In this document: positions 1 to 12,100 of the stretch, one piece after another | Layout: every line of letters begins with the position of its first letter | How positions within the stretch are numbered: position 1 is the first letter of the stretch | Origin: Lingula anatina | Lineage: Eukaryota; Animalia; Brachiopoda | Assembly: GCA_051362555.1 (NCBI GenBank) | Contig: CM120640.1 | Location: forward strand, 27,924,503-27,988,502 | Length of the DNA stretch: 64,000 nucleotides | Direction of reading: 5' to 3' | Translations under genes and position numbers: made by a program | The notes under the pieces: model-generated | Databases searched by the model: none | Seen by the model: the letters and a program-made list of their open reading frames with translations, nothing else | Told to the model about the DNA's origin: nothing

Positions 1-3000
1 GATCCATATCACCTTCAAATTTACCTAGCAATGACGAAGTTAAATTTTTGTATTGTTTATAAAGATATGTGTAGGTCATAACAAATGACAATGAAATATA
101 AAAAATAAATAAATAAATAAACAAAAGGCACATTACAGACTTGCTTTATCTAAAATTCAATTTATGCTAATTCAAAGATCTTGCTATCTAAAAAAATTAA
201 TGGTCTTTAAACAATATGCAGTAAACACCAATTTATAGACTCTCACAAAATGCAAAGTGAAAGCAATAGTTATCCATTGCATAAAGGGCAAATTACATAA
301 TCAAAATAAAGCAATTTTTGCAACAAATAACCATTGTGACCAAACAACATGTTATTTTGTTAAAATATTGTTAGAAAAAACCCATCAAAGTAGAGATCAT
401 TTTAGAAAGAGCTGGTAAGAAATGTCATACAAGGGCACTGTGTAAAATCCTTACCTCCCATTTCCTCAGGTGACACTCCTGGGGGAAGGTTGGGCTGTGT
501 CCAGGACAGCAAATCTATACAACAAAAACATTACAAAATTTCCTGATGTTGGCAATGAAGTAATATTTATTCAAATTGTTTGTTTTTTAATAGAGTTGAC
601 ATTTGTGTCTGATTTATGGTATTGTAAGTTCCAATTCTAAAAACTGATACGACACAAAGGTTCACTGACAGAAGATCGTTATGCATGTACTACATTAATG
701 CCTATGCATGCAAACTTGAAGTTTCTTAGGGATATATTTATTCAGTGAGTGGTACTATTACAGGTACATGTATACATCTACACAAGTCTGCCTGAGAGAC
801 TAAAATGTGTTGCTAGATTAAAGTGTCATCCTTATAAAGTATTTCAGTATCATGTATCTTTAAAAAAAAACCTCTGCCACATTGAATTGGCAAAGCTACC
901 CAACTTTGCAGCTAATTCTTGTTGCTTTCCAAGTAATCAGTGAGCCAATCTTGAATGTGTGACCACTTTCAAATACGGAGAATTAATTAAATTTTCCTCT
1001 TTTGACTTCCTTGTTATGTTTTAACTTTTAGTTTCACCTCAAATGCAAGCTAGATCTTTGACATAATGAAATTACTGCTCTTGAATAAAAATCACTTAAT
1101 CATTTTATTTCATAAAGTGAAAGTGCAAAGAAAGGGTAGGAGTTTATTTGGTTGAAGCCAAAGAAAGAAAAGTTTTTGAAAAAGACATGCTTGCAAATGA
1201 TACACGAATATGGCTCAGTAATAAATTGAAAATTGATTGATGATACAAGCCAGCAAAATAAGTTATGGTACATTAAACCTAAAAAACACACAATATATTG
1301 CAAAATAAAAATTTTGATGAAAAAAAAATGCAGCTTGCCATTGTTTGAAAGATCCTATTTTGACTGCTCCACTAACATATCAGATTACACCACAAAAAAT
1401 GTAAGGGAGTGATGACACATCCACTGTATTTCTAGGTATAACCTGTATCTGCAAAAAACATGTCCTTATCATCATTCAGCCATGAGGAACACCCAGGGAA
1501 AACAATGCATGTGATCCCCCTTGTGCAATCGTTCTGGTTAGCCTCAGCTAGCAAAGCTCCCTCAAACCTTTATTTTCCTTGTTGGAATAAGTATAAAAGC
1601 AACAGAAATTTATGAAAGTTTCAGATACAATTGTGCATTGATATCAGTTCAATATGGAGCTGTGCAAGAAAGTCATGTTTATTGTGTTCCTATTTGCACT
1701 GGCAATCACTTTGTCACAAGAAACAAGAGCTTTAGGGCTTTATGGAGAGGATCTGGAAACTGGCACTATGGGGTTTAAAGATGTTGCAGAACTACTGCTA
1801 CAAGAGATGCGTTGCCGCAGCATTCAAAACAAACAACAGAGACAAATCAACCTGCTGGGGAATCTGGCAAGAAAGTTGCAGGTAATCCAATAACTCAGTT
1901 TGTATTTTCTGGGTGTTTAAGGGTGGTTGGAAACAGAGGCATGTGTTCCCTCAAAAATCATGAATTTGAATATAAGTGATTTCAAGATGGGTGATATATT
2001 GAACTTTGCAGAAAGTCTGATAATTTTGCAACACAAGTTCCATGGGATGTTAATGAACAAAACTATATTAGGCAACCACTAATTCAAAGGTCAACAATAA
2101 TTTTTTTCATAAGTGTGTATACAATTTTGTTGATGATTATTTATTTATTTATTTTTTGTTTTCTATGCATTACATAAGAAATGTCCAAAAGAAGAGTTAG
2201 ACTAACCTTATTTTGTTTATCATTCATATATCAAAATTCAGAGACAAGTACAAGATATCACACAGAAACTGCCTCACTCTGAGGATGAAGAAAACTTAGA
2301 AGAACCTCCCATTTTACACAGATCTGCCAACAAGACCCATACCAGAAATAAACGAAATATCCGAAATGGTAAGCGAAGTATTTCTGACCCCAGAAAACTA
2401 TTCCATTTCGTTTGTGAAGTATTCTGAAAAATCAATGAAGTCTGATCAAAATTTTATCTAATTATAAAATCTGTTCTTAATGCACACTGTAGGTCCATTA
2501 CCCAGTGGCATTGCTAGTGGTGCCACCTATACAAGATGGGGAAGAAAGACATGTCCACCAGGAGCAGAGTTAGTGTATGACGGTACAAACAACTCAAATT
2601 CTTTATCAGTCAAAATGTCACTGAATTACTAAAAAAATCTATTATAAACTGACACTTACACCATATAATCCTAAACAGATGGCATTATGATAATCATTTG
2701 AAGATCAGCTAGGGGTTGTGATTAATATATTAATTATGATTATTTTATTTTTTAAGGCAATGTTTAGACTTTAGTTTTCCTCTTTTATACATGTTGTTTT
2801 CACAAGTTTTCTCAAGTATTCCGAGGAACTTTGGTTTAAATTGTAGAAATATATGCATGTAAAAACTGATTGTCGTCCTTGATTTTTTTTCTTAGGTGTG
2901 ATCGGTGGATCTCTTTATACTCACAACGGTGGAGGTAGTGATCTGCAGTGTCTTCCCCACAACCCGCAGTGGGGAACTTATAAAGATGGATTTCAGTCAA

Positions 3001-4790
3001 GTGCCTTCATGTATGGAGCAGAACTGGAGATTCAAGCCAATGACCCATTCAATAAAGTCAACACTGGGAGGATCAGAACTCTTCAGGATGAGACCCCAGT
3101 ATGTGCTGTGTGCCGGTCCATTAATCGGTCCAGTCAAGTCATGATCCCAGCGAGAAGAGAATGCCCAGAAAGCTGGACTCAGGAGTATAATGGCTACCTT
3201 ATGACGGCACATCATGGACACAAAAGATCTCAGTTTGTGTGCATCGATGGGGCACCTGAGGTAAACGAGGGTGGAACTGGGAACCAAAATGGTGCCCTGC
3301 TGTACGTGGTTGAAGCAAAGTGTGGCTCCCTCCCTTGTCCAAGTTATGTTGATGGCAGAGAACTGACTTGTGTTGTTTGTTCAAAGTAAATTGCGTAGAT
3401 GTGATTGTGTAATTGTGGTAGATGTGATTCTGCTGAGTTGTCTATTATAAAGCACATTTGTCTTGTTCCAGGCACTGCATGTAGTTTCGCAAAATTTAAA
3501 AATAGTTTTATTTTGATTGTAATTTTAGGTCCATACCTTTTACCTACTTTGAGCTAATATAAATCAGTTGTATTCCATGTCAATGAGAATAATATACCAG
3601 TTCACAAAAATGAGAGAAATACCTTATGCTTTATCTATGCTTTTTATCATTTAAGGTACTTTATTTGATTGAAATAGAACACATTTTAGAGCTTTAAAAC
3701 CAATATTTTACTTAATATTTGTTAAACCAGTTCCAGCAACATGGCTGGCCAAGATGTAATTGGTGCTTTGTGCTATAGGTAAAGAAATTTGTTGTTTCAG
3801 GCAAGTCTGTAGTTCTGGATCTAAAGACTGATATAGCACTGCATGCTGCTTAATCAAATTTATGTATTACAATGTATATTATACCCTTCTGTGTTACATG
3901 AAAGCAAAAAATATCAAACAAATGAACATTCTGCATGACTCTCTAATTACAACTGGAAGAAAAATATATTAAGCATACACTTTGGTCACATTCACCTTAT
4001 TTTACCAGAAGATTGCCTCACTTCTCTTAAAATAAATTTCAAGGGTCAGACCATTCTTCAAATCCTAATTTTTCAGCATGTTATGATTTTTTTTTTGTTA
4101 AGTACAAACAGAAATTTAGGTGCTTGAATAAAGAAATTATTAAATGAAAAGACTTGTTTTTTTTTACCATCAAACAATATATATTATGAGAGACATTTTT
4201 GGCCACCCTGAAAAATGAAACGGACTCAAAATACCTTAAAAGCTTTATATGTATTTTCTCTTTTTATGTACCTAAAGTTGTTAGTTAAAACCCAGTCAGT
4301 TTATGATGAATGATGCATATAAATACTAATAATACTGACATGACTTGAGGATCAACTTCCATTAGTTAAGTCTTAGCTTATGCTTATATAATAGTTTCTG
4401 ACTGATTCTAGCTCTTCACAAACATGAAAACTTACCAGCTGCCTCATCCAACACACCAACTGACTGGAAGAAAAGATCAATATTATTCAACTGTAATATA
4501 TTTCACATATGAGAAGAGAAAACAGAGAAAGCCGAGACCCTAAAATATATGCAGTTAATCACTTTGGATATTTTGAAATGTGGGAACCAGTTATTACTTA
4601 CACATTTATGAATTTTTGAACAATTTTACAATGATTCAAACATATCTTAGTGAACAGAAGCAAAAACAATTAATTTACCTAAATTAGTTAAAATGTATAG
4701 CATAGTACTTACTGCAGCATCACATGAAATAAAGGCAACTGCAAGAAGAACTGCAAGGCACTCCATGCTTTGTATCACCATCTTAGACAT
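1..4790 (-). CDS. Astacin-family (M12A) zinc metalloprotease precursor, 5' part (signal peptide and prodomain); the gene continues off the left edge
   Basis: Phase-compatible GT-AG exons 4790-4713, 4463-4436, 514-455 and 24-<1 splice to MSKMVIQSMECLAVLLAVAFISCDAA-SVGVLDEAA-DLLSWTQPNLPPGVSPEEMG-GKFEGDMD. This is a signal peptide followed by PEEMGGKFEGDM, which matches the astacin prodomain FXGD aspartate-switch motif. The catalytic HEXXH domain is not in the window. Confidence 0.75.
1592..1598 (+). promoter_or_regulatory. TATA box of the short-chain collagen C4-like gene
   Basis: TATAAAA lies about 60 nt upstream of the ATG at 1654. Confidence 0.55.
1654..3389 (+). CDS. Secreted short-chain collagen C4 (spongin/NC1-like) domain protein, 312 aa, 4 exons
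   Basis: Exons 1654-1881, 2242-2368, 2493-2582 and 2896-3389 join in frame (939 nt). The product has a signal peptide, a helical/acidic propeptide and a furin-type RNKR site. The Cys-rich domain YTRWGRKTCP...GGGSDLQCLPHNPQW...CAVC...CPESWTQEYNGYLM...CIDGAPE...CGSLPCPSY...ELTCVVCSK is typical of invertebrate short-chain collagen C4-like proteins. Confidence 0.88.
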
Positions 4791-5681
4791 GCTTCACAGT
4801 GATCCCAAGAAGAAAGCCAGAGGTTTAGATACCTGACCATGGTTTACCCCACATATCCTTATGTCATAATCACAGATTGAGTGGGTTGGTCTTAACTGGG
4901 AAGGAAACAGGTGGAGTACTAAAGTCCGTGCTTACATGCTTTGGTTTGGCCACATAACTAGTAATTCTGCAAAGCAATGTTACACGCCAATGCAATATTT
5001 GAAAGTATCAAGTCAATTTTTGGTTTTCTTTTTCCAAGAGAACCTTACACACAATATCGAACAACCTACCTTTCAGTTTTGAAAAAGACTGCATTGTGGT
5101 GGTATTCCTTATATTTTGAGCAAGCACTGGACAGATTTTATAATCCATTCCCCTTTTTTATACCCATGATTCTCTCTAGTGTCCCCTAAGCTCTGGTCAA
5201 ACCACCCTAATGTAATGTCTTACATAAGTTCCTAAAGGTGGGCCAATTACAGTTTAAATTTCTTTGTCACCTAGTGTGACATTTGCGAAAGTTCTCATAT
5301 AACCCCTTACATTTCCTGGGGGCTTGGTTACAAAGAGAAGGGAGGATTAAAAGATTCACTTTTAGGGATGAACATTTTTAATGAATAGGTAATGTAAAGA
5401 AAAAACAATAACAGTCTATGTATGGAAAAAAATGTTAACTTTTTTAGACATAAAAATCCATTTAAATAAAATAAAAAGTTACATAAATTAGGAAAAACAT
5501 TTTCATCAAATGTCAATAGTACCCATTAATGTATTAAAGAATAAAGAGACAGTGTCCCTAAAGTAGCTACTGTTTTCAGTAACAATAGAAAATTCCAAAT
5601 GACATCCAAAAATAATCCTGTATTTGTCTGCTTATCAACCATATCCGTCAGACTATAAAGTAATAATTGAATTTTCAAAAA

Positions 5682-5713
<32 letters not shown>

Positions 5714-6594
5714 AGATTATATCAATATAAACATGATACAGATAGTCAGACTATATGCTTTACTTGTCTACAACAGTATGTTTTAAAATAAACAGAGGCA
5801 AGGGTGCCTTCCAAATATATATCAACAAACCTCCATTGACTACATAAATGAAAAATGAAATTGCACTTGTAAATATCCTTTGATCATAAATTGCCACACC
5901 AAAATGAAATCGTCATACATACATTAATTCTGATGTGAATAGCTCATCAAAAAGGCAAACTCAAATAATGTTGGAATTGCATAGGGTTTTCTCTTAAAAA
6001 TCAGAAGTAAAAACGTTCAGAATTAGTATTTCAAAGTGCCATATACCCTGACTAACTTTTTACCAAAATCTTATTCAAACACAATTAGACTTCACTCTTT
6101 CATGTGCTGATCCCCACACAACCTTTCTCTAAACATTTTTGAATGTCAAAAACCAAAAGCAAGATTTACACACTGCCACTTTAAAAGTTACTTCAGTCTG
6201 TAACCTCACTTAATTAACTGAGTATATCAAGCCTATTAATCCCAACAATATGCCCATGGTTTACACATAAAGAAACCACAGGATTGGCAGACCTCTTTGG
6301 GTTTTACTTTTTAGCACATGCCCAGTAAGAAATCCCAAAATTGAATCATTTCAATCTTGACCAACTTGTTAATTACACATTGTCGAGGTGTATATTAATA
6401 TGTTTAAGAATCTGACATGTTTTATTAGTATTTCAATTGTAACTATAATACTTTAAAACTTAAAAAATCCACTTTTGGAAGTAATAAATTAATGAAGAAT
6501 TTCAGATACTGAAAATACTATTTCAATGAAATAACTGATCTGTTAAAACATTTTATTACACAATATATTATACCAATACTGAAGCATTTCATGT

Positions 6595-6667
6595 AATATA
6601 ATATAATATAATATAATATAATATAATATAATATAATATAATATAATATAATATAATATAATATAAT
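6595..6667. repeat. (ATATA)n pentanucleotide microsatellite
   Basis: About 14 perfect units are visible just downstream of the PPCDC stop codon. Confidence 0.95.
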
Positions 6668-6716
6668 GAGGCAACCATTCAAGAAGTGAATCAAATGTTA
6701 ATGTAGTAAATGTTTG

Positions 6717-6989
6717 TCACGTTTTTGATCCTCTGGCAATAAAAACTTCTTCCACCTTTTCCACAATACTGCTCACCTCTGCCATTGCACCTAGGCCTAA
6801 AAATAAAAAAAGAAGGAAAGCAACCTCAAATATCCTTCCAATCAATCAAAACTACTCTCAAATTACCAGAATTCAGAAGAACGATCTTAGACTTTCAAGT
6901 ATGCTGTTGAGATATCTGTATTCATATACAGTACATCTTACTGATGACGTGCTTCTCCATTGTACTGATTACATTTGACTAACACATTT

Positions 6990-7043
<54 letters not shown>

Positions 7044-8909
7044 CACACACATATTGCAAAGCATCATTCACAATCTATATCACAAATTTCACCTAATAAT
7101 AAAATACTTACCGCTATCCCCACATATTAACTGCTTTGATATGCAGGGTATCACTGTACACCCTAGCTCCTCCACTGCCTGGATATGCCTTGCTGTGTGT
7201 GGATGGTCCCACATGTATGTATTCATAGCAGGAGCTACTAACAGTGGTTTATCTGTATCCCATGCTCTGATAATACATGTCTAAAAAATAAAAAAAGATG
7301 AACAACTAAATTACCCTGACTATCATAGTCTACTGGACACTTGCTGCTATTATCACATTATTATTATTACCTCTGCCAAGGAGGTTATGTTTTCACCCCT
7401 GTTTGTTTGTCTGTCATCAATTTAACTCAAAAAGTTATGGACCGATTTTGATGAAATTTTCAGGAACTCTCAGAAGTGGGCCAAGGAAGAGATGATTAGT
7501 TTTTGGTGGTGATCTGGATCAATAATCAATCAATAATCAAAAAACCAAGTTACGGACCGATTTTGATGAAATTTTCAGGAACTATCAGAAGTGGGCCAAG
7601 GAACAGATGATTAGTTTTTGGTGGTGATCCGGATCAATAATCAAAAATTTCGAAAAAATTTAGGGGTGAAACGGCATTGGATGGAGACTTTGCTGCCTTG
7701 GCGGAGGTCTGCATTCTCTGAGTGCTTTTCTAGTTATTATTATTATCATCATCATCATGATCACCATCATCACCACCAATATCATTATCATTATTATTGT
7801 CTTTGCTTTTCTGGTAGGGAGAAATGTAGAATGTATATCAGGTAAATTATTTACCACCCAGTGATACCTGATTTTTATAAGTGCTCTGAAGAACAGGATA
7901 TATTTTGGTGTCAATAAATAAAGATGATGATATGTTTTAAAATGAAATTACACTGCATTATAGTAGTAATACAAACTCTGATTAATGCAGTACTTTGACA
8001 TGCATGACTATAGTTTAAGAACCATTTTGAAATTGTTCAAATTGTTAGATGTCACAAAAAATTGAAATTTACTTTTTATCTTATGACTTACAAGTAAATT
8101 GTCACATATCCCATTAGCCATCTTGGCTAATGTATTGGCATCAAGTGGAGCTACAACTAGAATATCAGCCCATCGTCGAAGCTCAATATGAAGAACAGGG
8201 TCACCACGTTTCTGCCACTGTAACAGAGACACATTGTGGTCCTTAACATACTGAATATAATTTTTAAAGTAAATATTTGCTTACAAAGTCATATCCTTCT
8301 GCATGTGCAACATTTTGAGTAATTGACGTACAGTTTCTTCAGGCTATCACATTTTTATTAAAGCGTGTGTGTCAAAAAATGTTTCTAAATAACAGATGGC
8401 ATCAGAGATGTGGTTTTAACTCACCCTCCATTCATCAGCATCCCTATGAACTTTGACATCAACTTCATTTGGATTAAAAAAGTGACAGGCATGGTCAGTG
8501 GCAACAACCTCCACACTGACTTCACAGGTCTGAAGTAAATTATCAAAACTCCACTGCATGTTTCTGAATGGATCGGACTTTTTAGTTATTACTGTTAATG
8601 TAAATTCTTTCTTTTACCCAAATATAATAGCTGGTGATTTTTCTCTTTAACTTGTGATTTTTGCAAGATATTTTACTGATACAGTGGTAGAGATGTACAT
8701 TGTAGAACGTGAATAACGTCACTGATTACTCCCCAAGTTTTGGTTGCAATTTTACTCGACTTAGACACACACCATAATACTGAGATACAAACCTTCATGT
8801 CTACGTTAGCTTGCAACGATTTAAGGCCTGTTACAAGTTTAGGTATCTTGATAGAGGCCACGCTTCCAGTGCAACCAACCAAAATGTGCAAGGGATTCCC
8901 GCGGTCCAT
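6717..8909 (-). CDS. PPCDC: Phosphopantothenoylcysteine decarboxylase (CoA biosynthesis), 198 aa, 5 exons
   Basis: Exons 8909-8793, 8529-8425, 8217-8092, 7280-7112 and 6796-6717 are in frame. The HFCD flavoprotein motifs are ILVGCTGSVASIK, VLHIELRRWAD (catalytic His), APLDANTLAKMANGICDNLL, PAMN and LICGDSGLGAM (catalytic Cys). Confidence 0.96.
6993..7050. repeat. (CA)n microsatellite
   Basis: Directly visible in the last PPCDC intron. Confidence 0.95.
7364..7735 (+). mobile_element. Non-autonomous Helentron-associated (HINE/DINE-1-like) element in a PPCDC intron
   Basis: It has subterminal inverted repeats CCTCTGCCAAGG / CCTTGGCGGAGG, a GTTT/GTCT microsatellite after the 5' repeat, and two internal tandem units of about 116 bp. 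It ends with a short 3' hairpin GCATTCTCTGAGTGC and CTAGTT. A second copy is at 52441-52646. Confidence 0.75.
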
Positions 8910-9163
8910 TTCACAAAATTATAGGCCATCCCAGGTCATCAAGGTCGAGGGAATTCCCATTGGAAATGAGGCTCATAGTCTCAAACTTAGATATGATAAA
9001 AAAACTTTAGTGGATCTTTTAGACAGTTAAAAAGCTGCTAAGAATGAGTGCTTTTGCTATTTAATTGCATCAAAAATTCCATTTTGTTATCTATCCTACT
9101 TCACTTTTCACAAAAATTACTAAATTAGCTTGCCGCTATCGAGAGTACATCACATGTGCCAGC
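8910..9163. promoter_or_regulatory. Putative bidirectional promoter shared by PPCDC and NBAS
   Basis: Only 254 bp separate the two divergent start codons. Confidence 0.7.
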
Positions 9164-12100
9164 ATGGCGGACGATGCAGAGGACGAAGCCGCTTCAAGAG
9201 AAGAAAATGTGCTTTACGACTTAACAATCAATGCAGAATGGCCACAAGAACCTGAAACAATAGTATGTGTGGTTTTCTAAGTTATATTTACTACTTTAAT
9301 GGTTCCTTTCGACCTGCCACTTAGTTTGGAGTTATGTTGTTTGGACATCTGCCTGTGTAATTTACAAATTCAATTTACATTACATTTGTTTTTGGTTTCC
9401 CCGTGTTTAGAGGTACACTGCTCATGCATTTTGTTGGAAATGAATGTGCAACATAAATCGCAAAACGTATGCACACTTTTCAAAGTTAAATCACCAGCTG
9501 TTAGAGACTCAAAGAATGAATTCAGCATAATCAACGGTGGGTACTTCTGCAGTATTCGCACTCCCCACTTCGCCCAGTAATTAAGGAATTGATTTGTTTC
9601 AGAGACGTTGATTAAAGTAACCATATGGCTTGAATTTTGGAAAACGTTAAAAATTAAAAATTTATAGGGGGATACTGCAGAAGTGCTAGAGAGGGTTAGC
9701 GTGATGTCTTACAAATATTTTGTACAATCATGTATAATATATGATATTGCAATTTACTCCACACATTTGTTGATAGAACTATTCTTCTTCTTCTTCTTCT
9801 TCTTCTTCTTATGTTTTATTTTAGAGCAGAAATGTTAAGGACAAGTCTCAAGTTTCTTTCCCCAGGAGACTTGCGTCAGCAGCTCAAAGTGAGTATTTTA
9901 CACAAAATTCTGCAGTCTAGTATGTAAATTCCCTTAGAACTACACCATCTTTTTTTACTTCACTATAGTACTAGTAATTAAGGTCAAATATTTAATGACA
10001 AAAAAGGAGTGCAGCTTGTCATTATATGTTGAATTCATTTTGTTAGGAACAGCTTGGACATTTCTCAGAACAGTAGGGATTCCAACCAGGTAAGTCTACT
10101 TGTGTACCATTATATTTTTCTTTCACTAAAGTATGATTAGTATTCATGCCAAAATCAGTTAAATACATCAATCCACACATTTTTCTGTTTACTGGTAAAG
10201 TCTGCTTATTTTGTTTTCTAATATTTAAAAGGAAGGGAGATACAATTGCTTAATTACTTATTTATTGGTTAATTAGTATGTATATTTATTATTTCAGGTC
10301 TTCTAGCCCTTGTTCACTTCCAGTTGGCTTGGTAAAGCTGATCAACAGAAAGCTTCAATGGCAAATAGCAGTATCCAGGTAATATTTCATATTTCTGTTT
10401 TTTTGTGTGTGTGTATATATATGTGTGTGTGTGATGTGCTTAATAAATCTAATAAACATGTTTGTCATATTACTTTTATTCCAAATTGTCATATTACTTT
10501 TATTGCTTCGAAAAGGTTCTATGCAGTTTTCTCTTTTTTGATTTTAGTGATGGCCAACAAATAGCAGTGTTGCAGGATGCACTTATAGAAATGAGGTATT
10601 TTTTAGTTTTATTTTCTGTCTTATCTCTTGTCAAAAGATGATGTTGCAGTGATTACCTTGAGAATTTGAATAAAAAAATAGAATTAGGTCTTTGAAAAAA
10701 TATACAGAATTTTTAAAATGTATGTAAAATTCACTGCAAATTGTCAATACAGAACTGCCAGGGATGCCTTCGACTCTGTGCTTGCCCGTTGTTCCATATC
10801 CAAGGACCCTCATGTTCAGTGGCGCCGCCTGTGCTGGAGTATGGATGGCACCATGCTGGCTTATGCTGACAGTCTTGGGAATTTGCATTTATTTGATGAA
10901 ATGGGTGCAGAGTTGATCTACATTCCATGTGTAAGTTTTTTTTACAAAGAGTAATTTTGTAAAATATTGTTGGCGGTGTTAATGTCCAACTGTGCCTTCA
11001 CCACTTATATAAGAATTTTTTAAAATTCGGATGAACTCTGTATTATATTATTCAGATGTTTTTAAAGAGCCATCACGCACATAATGAGGTGGCTTTTAAT
11101 TTAAAAAATGTGATATCTAACTTTGATATATGTTTGTATTAAGATTGTACTTATTTTGAGAATAAAAGATATTATGTATTCATACTTAAACTATCTTATT
11201 TTAGAAACTGCCAGTGAATCCTAAGCTACCAGTAGATTTGAGTAGGGCTGTTGCAGCATTAATCTTCAGAGATTATGTTCCTACTTCAGAATGGTTTGTA
11301 CACCTTAAACCTCTAATATAGAATAAGTTGTACTGGGTATATTATATATGTAAACAGTACAAAAATGTTGAAATGAATTATATATGACATCAGCACCAGC
11401 TAAAAGCAGTTAGTGTTATTTACCTGCCAAAAGTGTTAAATTAAGTAAATGAACCTCTTTATCAGAGGAATTCTGTGATTGGAAAAACAGTTTTAGTTTA
11501 CATTTTTAATCTTTTTGTTCAGGACAGCCCAGTTGATTGTTGTTAATTATCAAGGCAGTCTAAGGAGCTTATTAGTGAAGTAGGTACCATTTAACTTTAT
11601 ATAAAAGATTTCTGTACTCTAAAAGCATTTTGGAAATTGTATTGAAACAAGACAGTTTCAATAGAAACATGATATTCTTTAACCAAGTAAAAGTCAATTA
11701 CTTGTGTCTTGAGCCATATTATATCTTTAAAACCCAATGAATATATCTTCCAGAGTGAGCTCAATTTCTTTATTTTATTACACGATTGTAAAAACATTTG
11801 TACGCAATGTTTAAAATTAACACATATTTCATGTGCTGTTCCAGCGGTGACAGCAGTAGGTACAAGGAAGACCACACATTCAGCTTCAGCCATTATTACC
11901 CACGAGGTGTGGGAACTGTGGTCTACGACTCCTCACACAAACTCCTGGTAGTTGGGGGCTGCTGCACTATGGATGAGGACAACCCCAGCTTGGCTGAGCA
12001 GCAAGGCATCACCAGGTGGCGCATTCTGTCAGGAGCACCTTACTATAAGATGGTCACAGACTATGAACAAGATATAGCTATGGTATGTTTTAAAAATGAA

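Noticed and set aside
7618-7914. His-rich and Met/Ile-rich ORFs
   Set aside because: They are translations of a CAT/TAT microsatellite next to the HINE-like element.
10463-10503. Short ~24-bp direct duplication in an NBAS intron, with a similar one near 31219-31253
   Set aside because: These are ordinary slippage duplications with no effect on splice sites.
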